A stretch of 63,999 nucleotides of DNA, counting the filler, from Basidioascus undulatus (lineage: Eukaryota): NCBI GenBank assembly GCA_000826855.1. It is 10 parts of 10 records of this genome, joined end to end, with 100 filler letters (N's around TTAATTAATTAA, not from the genome) between each part and the next. Parts side by side here need not be neighbours in the genome. Positions count along the whole stretch, not along the records: positions 21,737 to 46,972 come from JTLS01000220.1; 9 more parts are not named here. The stretch is one strand, 5' to 3'. Below the pieces are notes generated by a model that ran no database searches, was not told the origin of the DNA, and saw only the letters and a list, made by a program, of their open reading frames with translations. Both the position numbers and the translations under genes were made by a program. Shown here piece by piece: positions 23,196 through 35,259 of this stretch. Each line of letters begins with the position of its first letter. The stretch's first letter is position 1.

Positions 23196-25625
23196 ATGTT
23201 ACTTACAATATCGAAATTGCTCACCGCTCTGCTCTCGCTCGTTCTCGCCGTGCTCGTTCACCGGCTTTTCATCCGCAAGCGCTTCGCGGCCACTTCCAAT
23301 CTACCCCGCGTGAAGCGGACCAATTGGTTTTGGGGTAACGTGAAGGAGCTGGTCGAGTGCGGAGGATGAACGGCCTATCCCTTGCGACGCGTTGTGCTGA
23401 TTGCCCACATGGCGACGAAGGGACGAGCCACCCAAGACTTTGCGGGAGTGGGAGAAGCAGCTCGGTCACACATTCATGTTCGACGTAAGTCCCCTCCATA
23501 ATAACCATCTTGTATGAGCAATGACGCTGAAGCATGTCTTTCACAGGCGATCCTAGGCCAGGACCGGCTCTTCACGTCCGACCCGAAAGCCCTCAACCAT
23601 ATCCTCGTCACTCACGCCTACGTCCGTGTTAAAGCTCTTGTTTCTCCTCTTGTCTGCTTGACACAGTTCGTCTTTTTCCTCGCGTACAGGACTATCCAAA
23701 ACCTGCGCTGGTTCGCCGCATGCTTGCGGAGCTGCTCGGCGAGGGTGAGCTCACCCTACCCTTCAGGACCCTGAATGTAGCTGACTCGTGGATTTTGCAG
23801 GTGTGCTCATTGCCGAAGGTTCAATTCCCTGCTACTTGCATATCTAAAGGATGGCTGACGCTCTTTCTTGCAGGGGAAAGGCACAAGCGCCAGCGCAAAG
23901 TCATGGGCCCGTCCTTCGCCGTCAGCCACATCCGAGCGCTCACGCCGCTTTTCCTGGCCAAGAGTCGGCAGGTACGCTTAGTCGAGACTGTAACTACATC
24001 AATGTGCGTAGTAACACGCTGGAGCGGGCAGCTTCGCGACGTCTGGCAGAGCATCCTGCGCACGCAGAGCGAGCAGGGGACGAAAGCAGGCTCCTGGAAC
24101 GTGATGCCCTTTATCTCGAGTCTGACGCTGGACATTATCGGACTTGCGGGTATGTCGTTGTGCCAAGGTATTACCCATTGCAACTTCTCTGACCGCTGGA
24201 TAGCAGGCTTCGACTACGCTTTTGACGCGCTCCCGCCGCCGCAGGATCCGCACGCCGTCAACAGGAATATCCTCTCCGAAGCGTTCCAGAACACGTTCGA
24301 AGCCGGAGCTAAGGTGATCTCACGGCCTACTCTATCACACTAAATTGTCCGAGGCTGATTTGACATTCGAACCCCCAGCCTTCGCCCCTCCGCCTCCTCA
24401 CCGTGTTCATCCCCCCTCTCGCTTTCATCCCCACGTCTGCGGGTCGGGCGATCAAGCATGGTCTTGAAACGATGAACGTAGTCGGAAAGCGGCTTTTGGA
24501 GGAGAAGAAGGCTGCGGTGCGGCAGGCGCAGGAGCTGGGCGAGGAGTGCTGGTCCAAAGATCTCATCTCGCTTCTCGGTGCGTCTGCTGACAGATGTGAT
24601 ACCCGCCGTGAAAGGAACGTTGACAGAATATGAGGTCGTAGTCCGCGCAAACATGGCTCCGGATCTGAAGGAGTCCGAGCGCCTTTCGGACGATGAGGTT
24701 CTGGGCCAGATCACGACCTTCATGGTGGGTTCTTCCACCGCTACACCTGCCGATGTTGTTAGGTGACTCAGTTTCTCCAACCAGCTGGCTGGTCACGAGA
24801 CGACCAGCACTTCCATGACGTGGACGCTCTATCTCCTTGCGCGGCACGTCGACGTCCAGACTCGGCTGCGCGACGAACTTCTGGCAGCCGGCGTGGACAG
24901 CGACGGCAACATTGGCATGGACGAGCTGAACGCTTTGCCCTACCTCGACAAGGTCCGTCAATCTTCAATGTCGTATTCCCGTCACGCTGCTAACGCTCCT
25001 GACTGCAGGTCTGCAAGGAATCTTTACGCTTGCACGCGCCGGTACCTGACACCGCTCGCGTAGCGGCGAAGCCTGACGTGCGCATTTCCGCCTTCTCCTC
25101 ATCCGCGTGGAAGCTCACGAGATCCGATTTCTCTTCAGACTATCCCCCTCTCCCGCCCCACCATTGACCCTCGCACCGGCACGCCCATCCATGCGATCCG
25201 TGTCGATGCAGGTCAAAATATCATGATCCCCATTGCCGAGGTTCTGCAGAACCCGGATGTCTGGGGCGACGACGCGGGCGACTTCAAGCCTGATCGCTGG
25301 GACAGCCCGCCCAACGGAGGCATGGGCGTGTGGGCGGGGTTGCTGACGTTCCTTGCTGGGTGAGTCTCGTCACGCTGTGTTCCGCTGTGGGGAATGACTC
25401 GCTTATGCGGTCTTCAGTCCGCATGCCTGCATCGGCTTCCGCTTCTCTATCATTGAGCTCAAGTCCATCCTCTTCGTGTTGCTCCGCTCGTTCGCGTTCG
25501 CGCTGCCCGACCCCGTGCCGCCGATTCGTGTCAGAGCAGATGTCGTCAGCCGCCCGCTGATCCGGGGGCAGGAAGGGCTGGGGTATCGAATGGATCTGGT
25601 TGTGAAGGAGTTGAACGACATGTAA
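23196..25625 (+). CDS. Cytochrome P450 monooxygenase (basidiomycete-type, CYP5139-like by recollection), apparently intact
   Basis: N-terminal TM anchor; GERHKRQRK; LAGHETTSTS (I helix); KESLRL (ExxR); FKPDRW (PERF); FLAGPHACIG (heme Cys); ends ...KELNDM*. Confidence 0.95.
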
Positions 25626-26266
25626 CGATGTTCCTTTGGTATTTTCGCGGCGGTTAGCGAGACATCCGCGAGCAGCATCTTTTGAACTGGATTGTGTGCG
25701 GTACTGCGCGGTACTGCGAGCAAGATACACAAAGTGCGCGTACAAACCTCTCCATATCACGCGCATTCTACTGTGAACACACTCACATGCAGACAAAGCG
25801 ATAAAGGTATGCCCAATGGCGGAATGAAATCTACGGCGCCGCAAAGATGTTCACTCCGTCTCGTCCACACCGGGTAACGTGAGCCGAAGGATGTCCATGA
25901 AGTTCGGATCATCCTGGAAGTCGTAAGTGAGATCTACAGCTTCCCCAGGGCCGAATGCGTTGGGCAGATGAGGGTTCGAAGACGAGGATGGGCTCAAACT
26001 GGCGTCAGGCGTGCGTCGACCTGTTCACAATCAGGCCAGGGGGACCGTGACAATTTGTAATAAATTATGTTGAATTCTAATGCAGAGGAGAAACACACCA
26101 TCAGGCGCTCCACCAAGCGGTTGAAGGTGGACTCGTCATGTCCCGTGTCGGGTTCCTTGCGCTTCGCATGCGGCATGCTCCTGTGGCGCGTGCGGCGTTG
26201 ATGCTGTTCTCGGCTCGAAGAAGGCATATATAATCAACCCGAAGGGTCAAACAGCAAAAGATCTAC

Positions 26267-26690
26267 TTAGAAGTCGCTCAAGGGCATTCGCGGAAGAGGC
26301 CATTGAGCCGGACGAAGCATATTTGCTGTTGCTAGCAGAGATCCAGTCCGATTAGCCTGCGTATACTTGTTCAACAAAATACTTATTCTGTGCCGTAGCA
26401 ATGCAATACCACGCCTAACGTCCTTCGCAGCGCCGGCCGCATGCTCGTCGGGAGCGTGGCACAAGTCGATGAAAAGGACGACAGTCGCGGAGAAAATCTC
26501 GTACGTGACAGGCCTAGCCGGGAGAGCAAAGGAGTTCGCTATCCTGGTACTTCACAAGAGGTGGCCAACAACTTACCAGTACCGTTGTTATCGCAGCTGA
26601 CGCGTCCGTGGCAGCTCCTCGCTTGCCAAGAGCAGTTTTGCGGATTCCACGCTCCTTCTCGCGAAAGAGCGTACTTCCTGGGGGTATGAG
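26267..26690 (-). pseudogene. Fragment resembling a fungal-specific transcription-factor middle/C-terminal domain
   Basis: KYALSR/[frameshift]SVESAKLLLA...VTYEIFSATVVLFIDLCHAPDE...DVRRGIALL; contains a frameshift and a stop; no Zn2Cys6 upstream. Confidence 0.4.
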
Positions 26691-26771
26691 CAAGAATGAG
26701 TGGTACGTACTCTGGGAAGGGGAAAACAGAGACAAGCTGCGATCGCGACGAAGAAAGAGGGAAGCCCCTCA

Positions 26772-28166
26772 CCTGCAGGACCCGCGCCGAACCAGAAGCG
26801 AACTCATTCGGACCGCGGCTCGGCTCGTTCGTCGTTCGTTGGGCTCTCCCGGCTGTACATCTCTGTCTTGTAACATGCTCGATAGATTGTCTCAGACCAT
26901 CCCCGTGTGTCAAAACCAAACCTTGTTCTGCAACAGCTGAAAAACCTTGACTCTTCCAAGCAACACGGCCCGGACCCTTGCGTCTCCCGACGCTTGTAAT
27001 AGGTATGTTGTTGCAGCCATGAGTCTTTGGCAAACTAGCTTGGGGTTTCAAGCATGGGATTCTGGAAGCTCTCCCGTCGCCCGACCGCGATGATGCAAGA
27101 CTGCAATTGTGGACGGTGGGAGGGCCGCGGCCACATTGAAGTCGTTTCCATGGCGCTGAAAAGGCATTGGACGGGCTTTCGGAGGTCTGAGACCCAGCAT
27201 CAGGCTTCAAACTGCTACTTATTTAAGAGCGTAACAGAACCATGCTGTTGATCCGGCCCGATACGCGTCTGCATTGAAGGCATGCGATATCCTCGGGCAC
27301 GCTCTCGAGGTCAGCAAAGCACGGCATCAGCCATCGCGCAAAGCACCATGCCTGGTAGGAGGATTTGATGCAAACTACACTTTTGTCCTTAGGACCAGCT
27401 CATAGTACAACAAATCCATGCGTCAGAACTCGTCCCTGTCCGGCGGCATCCTCCAAAACCTGGACCCTCTTGAGCAGCGCGCTCCCGAAAGCGTAAGGAG
27501 AAAGATGCAAGCAATGAAAACGGACCTCGGGAGGGATACAGTCGTCCCGGCTGGGAACGGGCAGGAGAAGCTGCTTTCAGCCCTCGAGGTCGCAGTTGAT
27601 ATCCTGCCGAGGGGAACGACTAGTCAACAGCCACTGCCTGGGGAGAGGGAAAACGATGGGCAAAACGTGTACGAACTTGAACTCTCCGGACCCTTTCCCT
27701 GTACATCTGGTCTTCCTGTTTCGCTCGAAAAGCTTCGAGCTCGTCGAGGCGGGACGTGCGGATGTTGATGATGGCGTATGGGCCTGACAAGCCTAAGAGA
27801 AATCTTCCCGATGTCAGCCCGGAAGCGAAAGGCAAACATCCTCAGCAAGAACAGACAACTCACCTAGTCCCTCAGAGCGCTCCAAGGCATCGTACAGTTC
27901 CTTCGCGAGCAGCAGGTTCTCGCCACTGCTCAATCCCACCGAAGGTTAGTTAACCTCGCTTACATCGGTAGGAGAGCCACACAACTCACCTTCCCCCTTG
28001 CCGCCGGAAACATACTTGTACGATGTGAAGAGCTCGGTGTAGTAGGTGACAATGGCGTGGCGGTGCTCGGGTGGAGATGAGCGGAAAGGATGTTGGAGAT
28101 TACGGCGCTGGTCTCCTGCAGATGGCGGGAGGGCGTGGGACGGCGGATGGAGCGCGGCGGGGCCAT
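26772..28166 (-). pseudogene. Conserved-looking basidiomycete hypothetical protein, disrupted
   Basis: MAPPRSIRRPTPSRHLQE...TATPLSPTTPSSSHRTSMFP...GRFLLGLSG...VCIKSSYQAWCF...CLKPQASLPKTHGCNNIP; one long frame broken by TGA at 27577-27579 and 27400-27402. Confidence 0.55.
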
Positions 28167-28783
28167 TGTGGCAGCTGGGGAGAAAGGGGAGCTGATGGTG
28201 GTAAGGGGGGAAGAAGCGCTTGGCCCAGGCGGACGAAAATATGAAAATACACAGAGAGCGTGGTCAGCCCGCCACCCCCAGCCCCGAGCGTCCGCAACTA
28301 TCCGTCGAACGGCCACGGGCGAATGCACAACTGGCGCAGCCCGCACCCTTGCGCAACTTACACCGACTGTCAACTTCGCCGGGGGCTGTGAATCCGCAAA
28401 TTGTAGAATAAGTTGAGGCGGGACCCACTAACGAACATGCGGACACGAACGAAACGTGCACGAAGTGCTTTGCTTTGTTTCAAGGTTGCTGGACTCTCGT
28501 TTCTATATCCCACTGCGTGAGGCTGTGAACGGCCCTTCAACTGTCTGCGGCACCCGCCTTACTCCCATTTGATGTACCCGAAAACCTACATCATTCTAGG
28601 ACAGCTAGACATTTTTGTGTCTTCCACCGCGGCTTGCTGTTCGAATATCAGAAGAAAGGAAGTTCAAGGATGTTAGTAAAGGACCGCCTCAGCCATTGGC
28701 TAAACGACCATGCTGATAGAAAACTCTTGACAAAAGGTTCCTTTGTGAATAGTTGCAGGTCCATTGTGCGTCAGATTCCGCGG

Positions 28784-29581
28784 TCAGAACCAATCCCTAT
28801 CCGGCAGCACCTTGAGAAACTCAACCCGCTTGACCAGCGCCTCTCTCGCTTCCTCCCCATGCCGAGCGGCATACCAAGCCAGCCACCCTTCCTCCGAACC
28901 TCTTTGCTGCAGCACAAGCTCAATTCTCTTGATGTGTGGATTGCTAGTCAACCTCTTAGTGCAAGACATCAACGATAGGCGTAGCGTTAAGATGGGAACG
29001 GAGTCCCACTCAGGTGCCCCTCTGCTGATATCTCCGCCGAGCGAGAGACAGCGCAGACTGCGCTGTCCATGAGAAGTCCAGCTATTGAGAAGCTTCAGAA
29101 CCGCCTCGTTCAGACCCGCTTTCTCCTCGGAGTGCACCTGACGGAGCACCAGGAAAGCCGATTCCGGCCGGAGGACCTGCAAAGCTTCGCAGACAACACG
29201 AATCTTTGAGAGCGAATCCAGAGACGCTTCGAGTTTGAGCGTCCTGACCGCTGGGCATGAGATCAGGATGGCTCTGATCATGATGTCGTAGTACATAGCC
29301 TCCGGGGCGACAATGATGAGGGTTGATATCCGTTCCGCAGCGTGATCGTGCTTGCGAATGTATTCGAGGAACATGTCGTACTTCGAGAAGCTGGTTAGGC
29401 GCACGCTGCGCTCGTGGTGATCGAGTGCGAGAGGATACAGGCGCTTGCAGATGAAGAGGGAGGAGAAGGCCGAAGTTCCAGGAGCCGACGCCGGTGACGC
29501 GGAGTTCGAGTCGTCCGTGAAGTACGCCTCAAAGAGGATGTCGGAAAGGATCTCGTTCGGGAAGTCGAGGATATGAAGCAT
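28784..29581 (-). CDS. Intronless F-box-like protein (paralog A)
   Basis: MLHILDFPNEILSDILFEAY...SSLFICKRLYPLALDHHERSVRLTS (F-box-like LPxEILxxI...CKR), about 265 aa open frame. Confidence 0.7.
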   Translation of the reverse strand: MLHILDFPNEILSDILFEAYFTDDSNSASPASAPGTSAFSSLFICKRLYPLALDHHERSVRLTSFSKYDMFLEYIRKHDHAAERISTLIIVAPEAMYYDIMIRAILISCPAVRTLKLEASLDSLSKIRVVCEALQVLRPESAFLVLRQVHSEEKAGLNEAVLKLLNSWTSHGQRSLRCLSLGGDISRGAPEWDSVPILTLRLSLMSCTKRLTSNPHIKRIELVLQQRGSEEGWLAWYAARHGEEAREALVKRVEFLKVLPDRDWF

Positions 29582-30158
29582 AGCCTTCAAAGCGAACCTT
29601 TCGGCGACGAAGAGGGAAGATGATGGTGGAAGGGAGCGAGGAGAGGGCGGCCCGAAGGAACAACAACCTCAGTGTGCCTCGGCGCGTGCCACACAACATT
29701 CCATGCCAGCCGCGGAACCCGACCCACTTTGTGAATTTCCTCCATATCTTCAATTATACTGGCCCATGAAACTTAACAAAGATGCTTGCGTAATATTTGT
29801 GCGTGCAGCTCATTAAAACCGGCTGTACCCTTTTCGTGAACACTGCCGGTGCCGCGTGCCCACCGGTTCACTGTTTCAATGTCCCTTACTGATTTCCGTT
29901 ACAAGGTGCAGCCGCGTGCACTCCGCATTCCCTCTTCCCGCAAGTGCTTCGGTGTTGTTCTGGTTGTTCACTTAGCACTTTCGCTTTAGAAAGCCCATCT
30001 GATGTAAGATAGCACAATTTAGGTCTCCAGGCCTGGGCGTAAAAACCAGAATTTCAACAGTCGAGGACGCAAGCCGGCACCGCTAAAGTCTCCTCCATTT
30101 GTTCATGCAGCGCGCAACAACTGTGAAGGTCAGGTATTAACAGTCTATGCAGCCACAC

Positions 30159-31022
30159 CTATCCAACCCACTTCATGTCTTGATTCTTCAAAAAGCCATC
30201 CCTGTCCGGCATCACTTCCAAGAGCTCCACCCTCTCAAGCAGCGCCTCCCTCGCGTCCTCGCCATGCCGTTTGGCACGCAAGCCCAGCCAAACATCCGTC
30301 AATGATTCTCCGCCGTCCCGCCCTAACCGGGGTGAGATCAGTATCGTTTTGATGTGCCGGGCGCTCATGAGGGTGCGCCCAACGTCGAGCCGTGTTATAG
30401 GGTGGAGACGCGTAGAGATGGGGAGTGACGCCCACTCCGGCGCGTCGGACTCGAAGTCTCCGCCAAGTGACATACACTGCATAGTGCGCTGGGATGTCCA
30501 GACGCCGAGAAGGTCGAGCACCATCGCGTCCACATCTATGCCCTCACCGGTTGGCAGATTCTCGAAATGCAGAGGAGGGAAGCTGAGTCCGGCTGAAGAC
30601 CTGCAACGCTGCGCAGAGCGATCGAAGCTGCGAGAGTGAAGCTAGACCTTGAGTGGCGAGCTTGAGCGTCTTTACCCCAAACACAAGCACAGGATGGCGG
30701 TGATGATGGCCTCGTCGTGCGGGGCCGTGATGATGAGCGTCGATACCCGCTCGGCCGCACGTGCGCTCTTCAAGAGGCGAGCCACGAACTCGAGACACTG
30801 CGGCAGGCTCGTGAGGCGGACGCTCCGCTCGAGATGATCGAGTGCGAGATCCATGAGGCGCTCGCAAATGAAGAAGGAGGATAAGCGCGATGAATTTGTA
30901 GGTGCGGGCGTGGAAGGCGAAGAGTCTTCGCCGAAGTAGGCCTCAAAGACCACTTGCGAAAGGAGCTCGTTGGGAAGGTCCAGGTCCTCGGCGAGGTGCC
31001 CGTGAACATTGCATAGTGTCAT
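30159..31022 (-). pseudogene. Frameshifted tandem paralog (B) of the 28784-29581 F-box-like gene
   Basis: Collinear motifs DLPNELLSQVVFEAYF, LALDHLERSVRLTS, AAERVSTLII, SLGGD..APEW, RHGEDAREALLERVELLEVMPDRD distributed over three ORFs (frameshifts near 30680 and 30540-30600). Confidence 0.8.
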
Positions 31023-31428
31023 GGTGAGGACTCGAGGGTTCCAAGGAAAATAAATCGTTACCATGTTGTAACTTTGGATGCATTCTATGCGGATTCGCTT
31101 CCATGGCAGTGAGCGGTCAAAATGGCAAAGTTGTGGAAAGAAGGCGGGCATCCCGACACCACCTGCGTGGTCATCCGCCGTCGTAGGGTTTAGTTCGATC
31201 CTCCAAGCAAGCTATAACGGAAACACTCTAATATTGGGGTCATCTTGCATTCGTTACGGGCATGCAACCAAGGGTAGTTTGGCGTTTGCGCCCGGTCGGT
31301 TGAGGGAAAATGACGTACACCAGCTTACACACCAGCCGCCCTTCGCGCCCTGCGCGCCCTCGCGCGTTTTCCTTTCCCCCTCACCTCCTCCCAGCGACCA
31401 CTCACCTACTCACATCCCAGCAGTTCCC

Positions 31429-33233
31429 ATGCTCATCCTGCGCCCCTCCGCGCGCACTGCCTCCCTCCGGCGCTCCCCTCGCCTCTTCCCCGCCCGCGCG
31501 CAGTCCTCCTCCCCGGCGCCGCTGACCATCCCCCCCAAGGGCACGCGTTGGCTCCCGTTCACTGTCGATGAGGATGAGGCGCGGTCGAAACTCAAGTGCG
31601 TCGGTCCATGCAAATTTTGGACCTGGGGTAGGGGATGGGCTGATGAAGAAGGGCCCGACAAACAGCTTCGCTTCCGCCTTCGCCTCTGGCTCGCTCACCT
31701 CGCTCCTCACCTACTTCGGCTCGTGGCTCCTCCCGGGGTTCGTGTCCAGCGAGATTAGGATGGTTAACATGCAGGCTGTCTACGTGCGTTTCCCCCTCCC
31801 TCTCTTCCTTCCTGCTTTGGGGAAGCGGCTGATGGGACGGGGAAGGACAGCTCCCCACTTGGCGGGTGGACGCGAATGTGGAGTTTGAGGCGGCTTTGAA
31901 GGACGAGTCGGGGCGGAGGGAGGGGAAGGCGAGCGTGGATATCATTGATGGGTATTTCCCTGGTCCGTTCTCTCCGTCCTCCCCCCTCTCCCCGTCACTC
32001 ACGTCCCGTGGCAGGCTTCGACTGGTCCCCCCTCTCCAGTCTCTCCTTCCGGGGCCCTCTCTCGCCCACCCCGCCGCTCCCCTTCCCCGCCTTCCCCGCG
32101 CGCTTCACCTCCGTTGCAGACGACCGCACCCCCGACCGGCACGCGATCGTCCTCCCCTACACTCTCCACCCCTTCTCTCTGCCTCACCAACTCGGCTCGC
32201 TCGTCGACCTCGCCCCCGGGCTGAGCGCCGATTTCCGCACGCTCAAGAGTGAGCTGATCGTCGCCTACCCGGTGTACCACCCCGTCTGGCTGGGGGAGTT
32301 CGCGCACCCGTCCTCCACCATCTCCAGCACGACCTCCTCGTCCGACACCCCCGTGCCGGGGGAGGAGGACCGCTTTACGATCGTCCTCGATGCCGGGCCG
32401 AACGGGAACCGGGCGGCAGTACTGAACCCAACCGCTTCCCCCAAATGGATCAACAACGCGCCGTTCCTCTCCCTCGGCGCGGTCGTCCTCTCGCACGCGC
32501 TTGCGTCTTTGACGCCCGCGCTCGCGGCTGCGCTCCCTGTCCATGCGGACGGGGCGGCGCAGGAGCTTGGGAAAGTGGACTGGGGCGCGATTAGGGAGGG
32601 GCAGGAGAAGGATCGCGGAGGGGGGGAGAAACCGGTGCTGCTTGGGAAGGGGAGGAGAGTCGTACCGGTGGGGGATGAGCAGCAGGTGGAGGAGGTGCGG
32701 ACGTGGTTGGCGCTTAATGCGCAGGCTAGGGGGCTGAGGGCGGCGGTGGAGGTGCGTGTGCTTCCTTTCGTTCTCTCTCCCCCTCCAAGCCTCTCCCAAC
32801 TTTCATTTCCTGCACCATGCCCTCCCTTTCCGCCTGCTGACGCCCCTCACCGCTCTAGGGTCTCTCCCAAGCCCCCTCCACCGGCCCCCAATCCCGCGCC
32901 ACAGTCCTGCAAGTCGGCAACCCCTCTCGGGGCCGTCGCCTTCCCTCTTCCCGCTCCTCGCCCTCCTCTTCCTCCCCCTCCGCCGGAAGCACCAAGTACT
33001 CCCTCGGTCCCCTATCCGTCCAGACCGTCAGCGCGGATGACATGTCGCGCATGATGCGCGCGGAGCTGGAGGATGTTGAACGAAGGGAGGGGGAGGCGCG
33101 GCCGTCGTGGATGGATGAGGATCTTGAATGGGAGAAAGCGGAGGAAGAGGATAGGGAGGGGAGGGGGAGGGTTGTGTGGTTGAGTGGGGGTGGGACGGCG
33201 GAGCGCGGTAGAGGGTTCGTGGAGGGAAAGTAG
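31429..33233 (+). CDS. Hypothetical protein with mitochondrial-presequence-like N-terminus, multi-exon
   Basis: MLILRPSARTASLRRSPRLFPARAQS...WLPFTVDEDEAR...MQAVY|LPTWRVDA...LIVAYPVYHPVWLGEF; GT-AG introns with branch points. The last codons overlap EPL1 antisense. Confidence 0.7.
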
Positions 33234-34545
33234 AAGCGGAGGTCGGGGGATGAGAAGTGGGGTTCGAATTCGGAGAAGAGGAGTAGTCGGGAGACATCCT
33301 GCAAGTAACGCTTCAGCGTGAGCGAGCGTAACGGCATAGACGAGAGTAGGAAGACGCACGGTGTGGAGGAAGGGAACTGTGTCGTCGGTGACCTTTTCGA
33401 ACACGCTCATGACGAGCTCGAACATGTCCTCGTCGATGTGAATAGGACCATCGTCCGCGGCGGCGGCGCCCTTGCCCTTCGCATCTCGACGGCTGCGGCC
33501 GGCGCTGCCCGGCGGCTGGGGCGTCTGCTGTCCGGCGGTCGCGGCGGACGTGCCCTCGCCGCGTGCGAGCTTGTTGTTGCGCTCGAGCCACTCGGCGTCG
33601 CGCTCGTCGAGCACGTACGGCGTCCCGCCGAGCTGGGCCTCCTCGACCGTGTCCGAGAAGCGGATGTACGAGACCGCCTCGGAGCTGGTTTTGGGCGCGT
33701 AGAGGGCAGAGTAGTTGGTGACTCGGCCGGTTGCGTCCGGGGTCGGGATGAAGTACGCCTGCTCGGCAGGGACCTCGGGGGCGGCAGCGGTGGCCTTCTT
33801 GTCCCCGGCCTTGGGCGACGGCTGTGCGCCCTCGGCAGCGGGAGCGGCGGCGGGGGCGGCGGATGCGGGAGTGCCAGACAAGCCACGCCGACCTGCGGCG
33901 GGGGAAGGAGCGGACGCGGACGCATGGCGGATCTGAGACGCGGAGATGGCGGCTTGGAGATGGTGTTCCTGCAGGAGGGGAGAGAAGACGGGTCAGAACG
34001 GTGTGCACGCGGTATTGGATGTGCACGACGATGAGCATGGCGGCAACGACAACGACGCCGATATCGCCAACGACAACAACGCCAACGATGAATCGATTTA
34101 TTATTCCATTCGAGCCCGGACGACGCGCCGTCGACGCGTCGCCAACAATGAATGCGAGATGAGCGAGCGAGCGACGCGGACGCTAACACAAAGTCCGGCT
34201 AACTCCGTGCCAAGTCACAATTTTCGCGGGCGGGCGAGGAGCGGGGGAGAGCGAGGGAGGGGGGGAGTGCCAGCGCATCGGGGCGCGCGTGCGGGTGGCA
34301 AAACATTGGGGGGGAATCCGCCCGTCCTCGCGGTTCCCAACGGTGCCCACGTCCAAATCCATGAATAAAATGAACGCAGAACGCACCTCAGCCTCCTCCT
34401 TGTCCACGCCGGTCGTAGAGTGGTGCCGGGCCTTCTCGGCATCCTCGCCGTCGATCACGACGGGCTCGCCGACGGCATCGCGCACGACGGCGAGGCGCGT
34501 CTTGTTGGTGATCTTCAGGCGGGTGCCGCGCGTGCCCTTGACCAT
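32855..34545 (-). CDS. EPL1: Enhancer of polycomb-like protein Epl1 (NuA4 subunit), N-terminal part only; homology ends near 33185
   Basis: MVKGTRGTRLKITNKTRL...TTGVDKEEAE|EHHLQAAI...FIPTPDATG...SYIRFSDTVEE...YVLDERDAEWLERNN...IDEDMFELVMSVFEK...PFLHT|DVSRL; the downstream W..RR...DPYVCFRRR block is absent. Confidence 0.88.
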
Positions 34546-35259
34546 GGTGGTGGGGGGATCCCAGGATGGGACGGCGACGACGATGGGGAGTCGAGAGATC
34601 GTCAACGAAGCCGACCTCCGGGCTGTGGATGGGCGATGCGCTGGCAGGCGATATGCGGCGCGCGCGGGTGGGGCGGGCGTGTGGACTAACCAGTTGGGAA
34701 AAGTCTGTCTGCCCGTCGCCTACTAGCAATAGGAGTACTTCGGCTCGCCGGCCTGTGACATCTTGACGTGACGTCTCTGCCTTACGCTTTTCTTTCTTTT
34801 CTCGCACTCGCCTCGCACGCTCCGCACCCCTCCTCTCCCCTCCGCCGCCTGTAAAAAAACTAACTACAACATGCACGCTGGACACATGCCGAAAGCGAGA
34901 GAAAAATGCAAACATGGGGAGAGCATGCAACGATACAACCTGTCAATGACGCTCGTTAGCTCGCGTTCACGTCTCGACCGGCGTTTCATCGACTGCGGAC
35001 AAGAGAGAAAATTGGAACGCAACACGCACCAAGTCCACAATGCAATGTCTATCTGGTGAGATGGAACCCTGCAAAAAGCAGCGGCGAGCGTCAGTAAGAA
35101 GCGTTGCGGCACCCGGTCACGGCTGTCCTGTCCGAAAGAAACACCGAACAGCACGTACCAAAAAGCAGACCAACGCTGTGCAATACCCAGCCGCACACCA
35201 AGTCAGCAACCCGCCCACCCCGCAAACGTACGAACGAATCAACAACGCACCGTCTCCCC

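Noticed and set aside
21737..28166. YcaC-like hydrolase + P450 + TF fragment as a secondary-metabolite cluster
   Set aside because: No backbone enzyme (PKS, NRPS, terpene synthase) in view, and two of the three components are broken.
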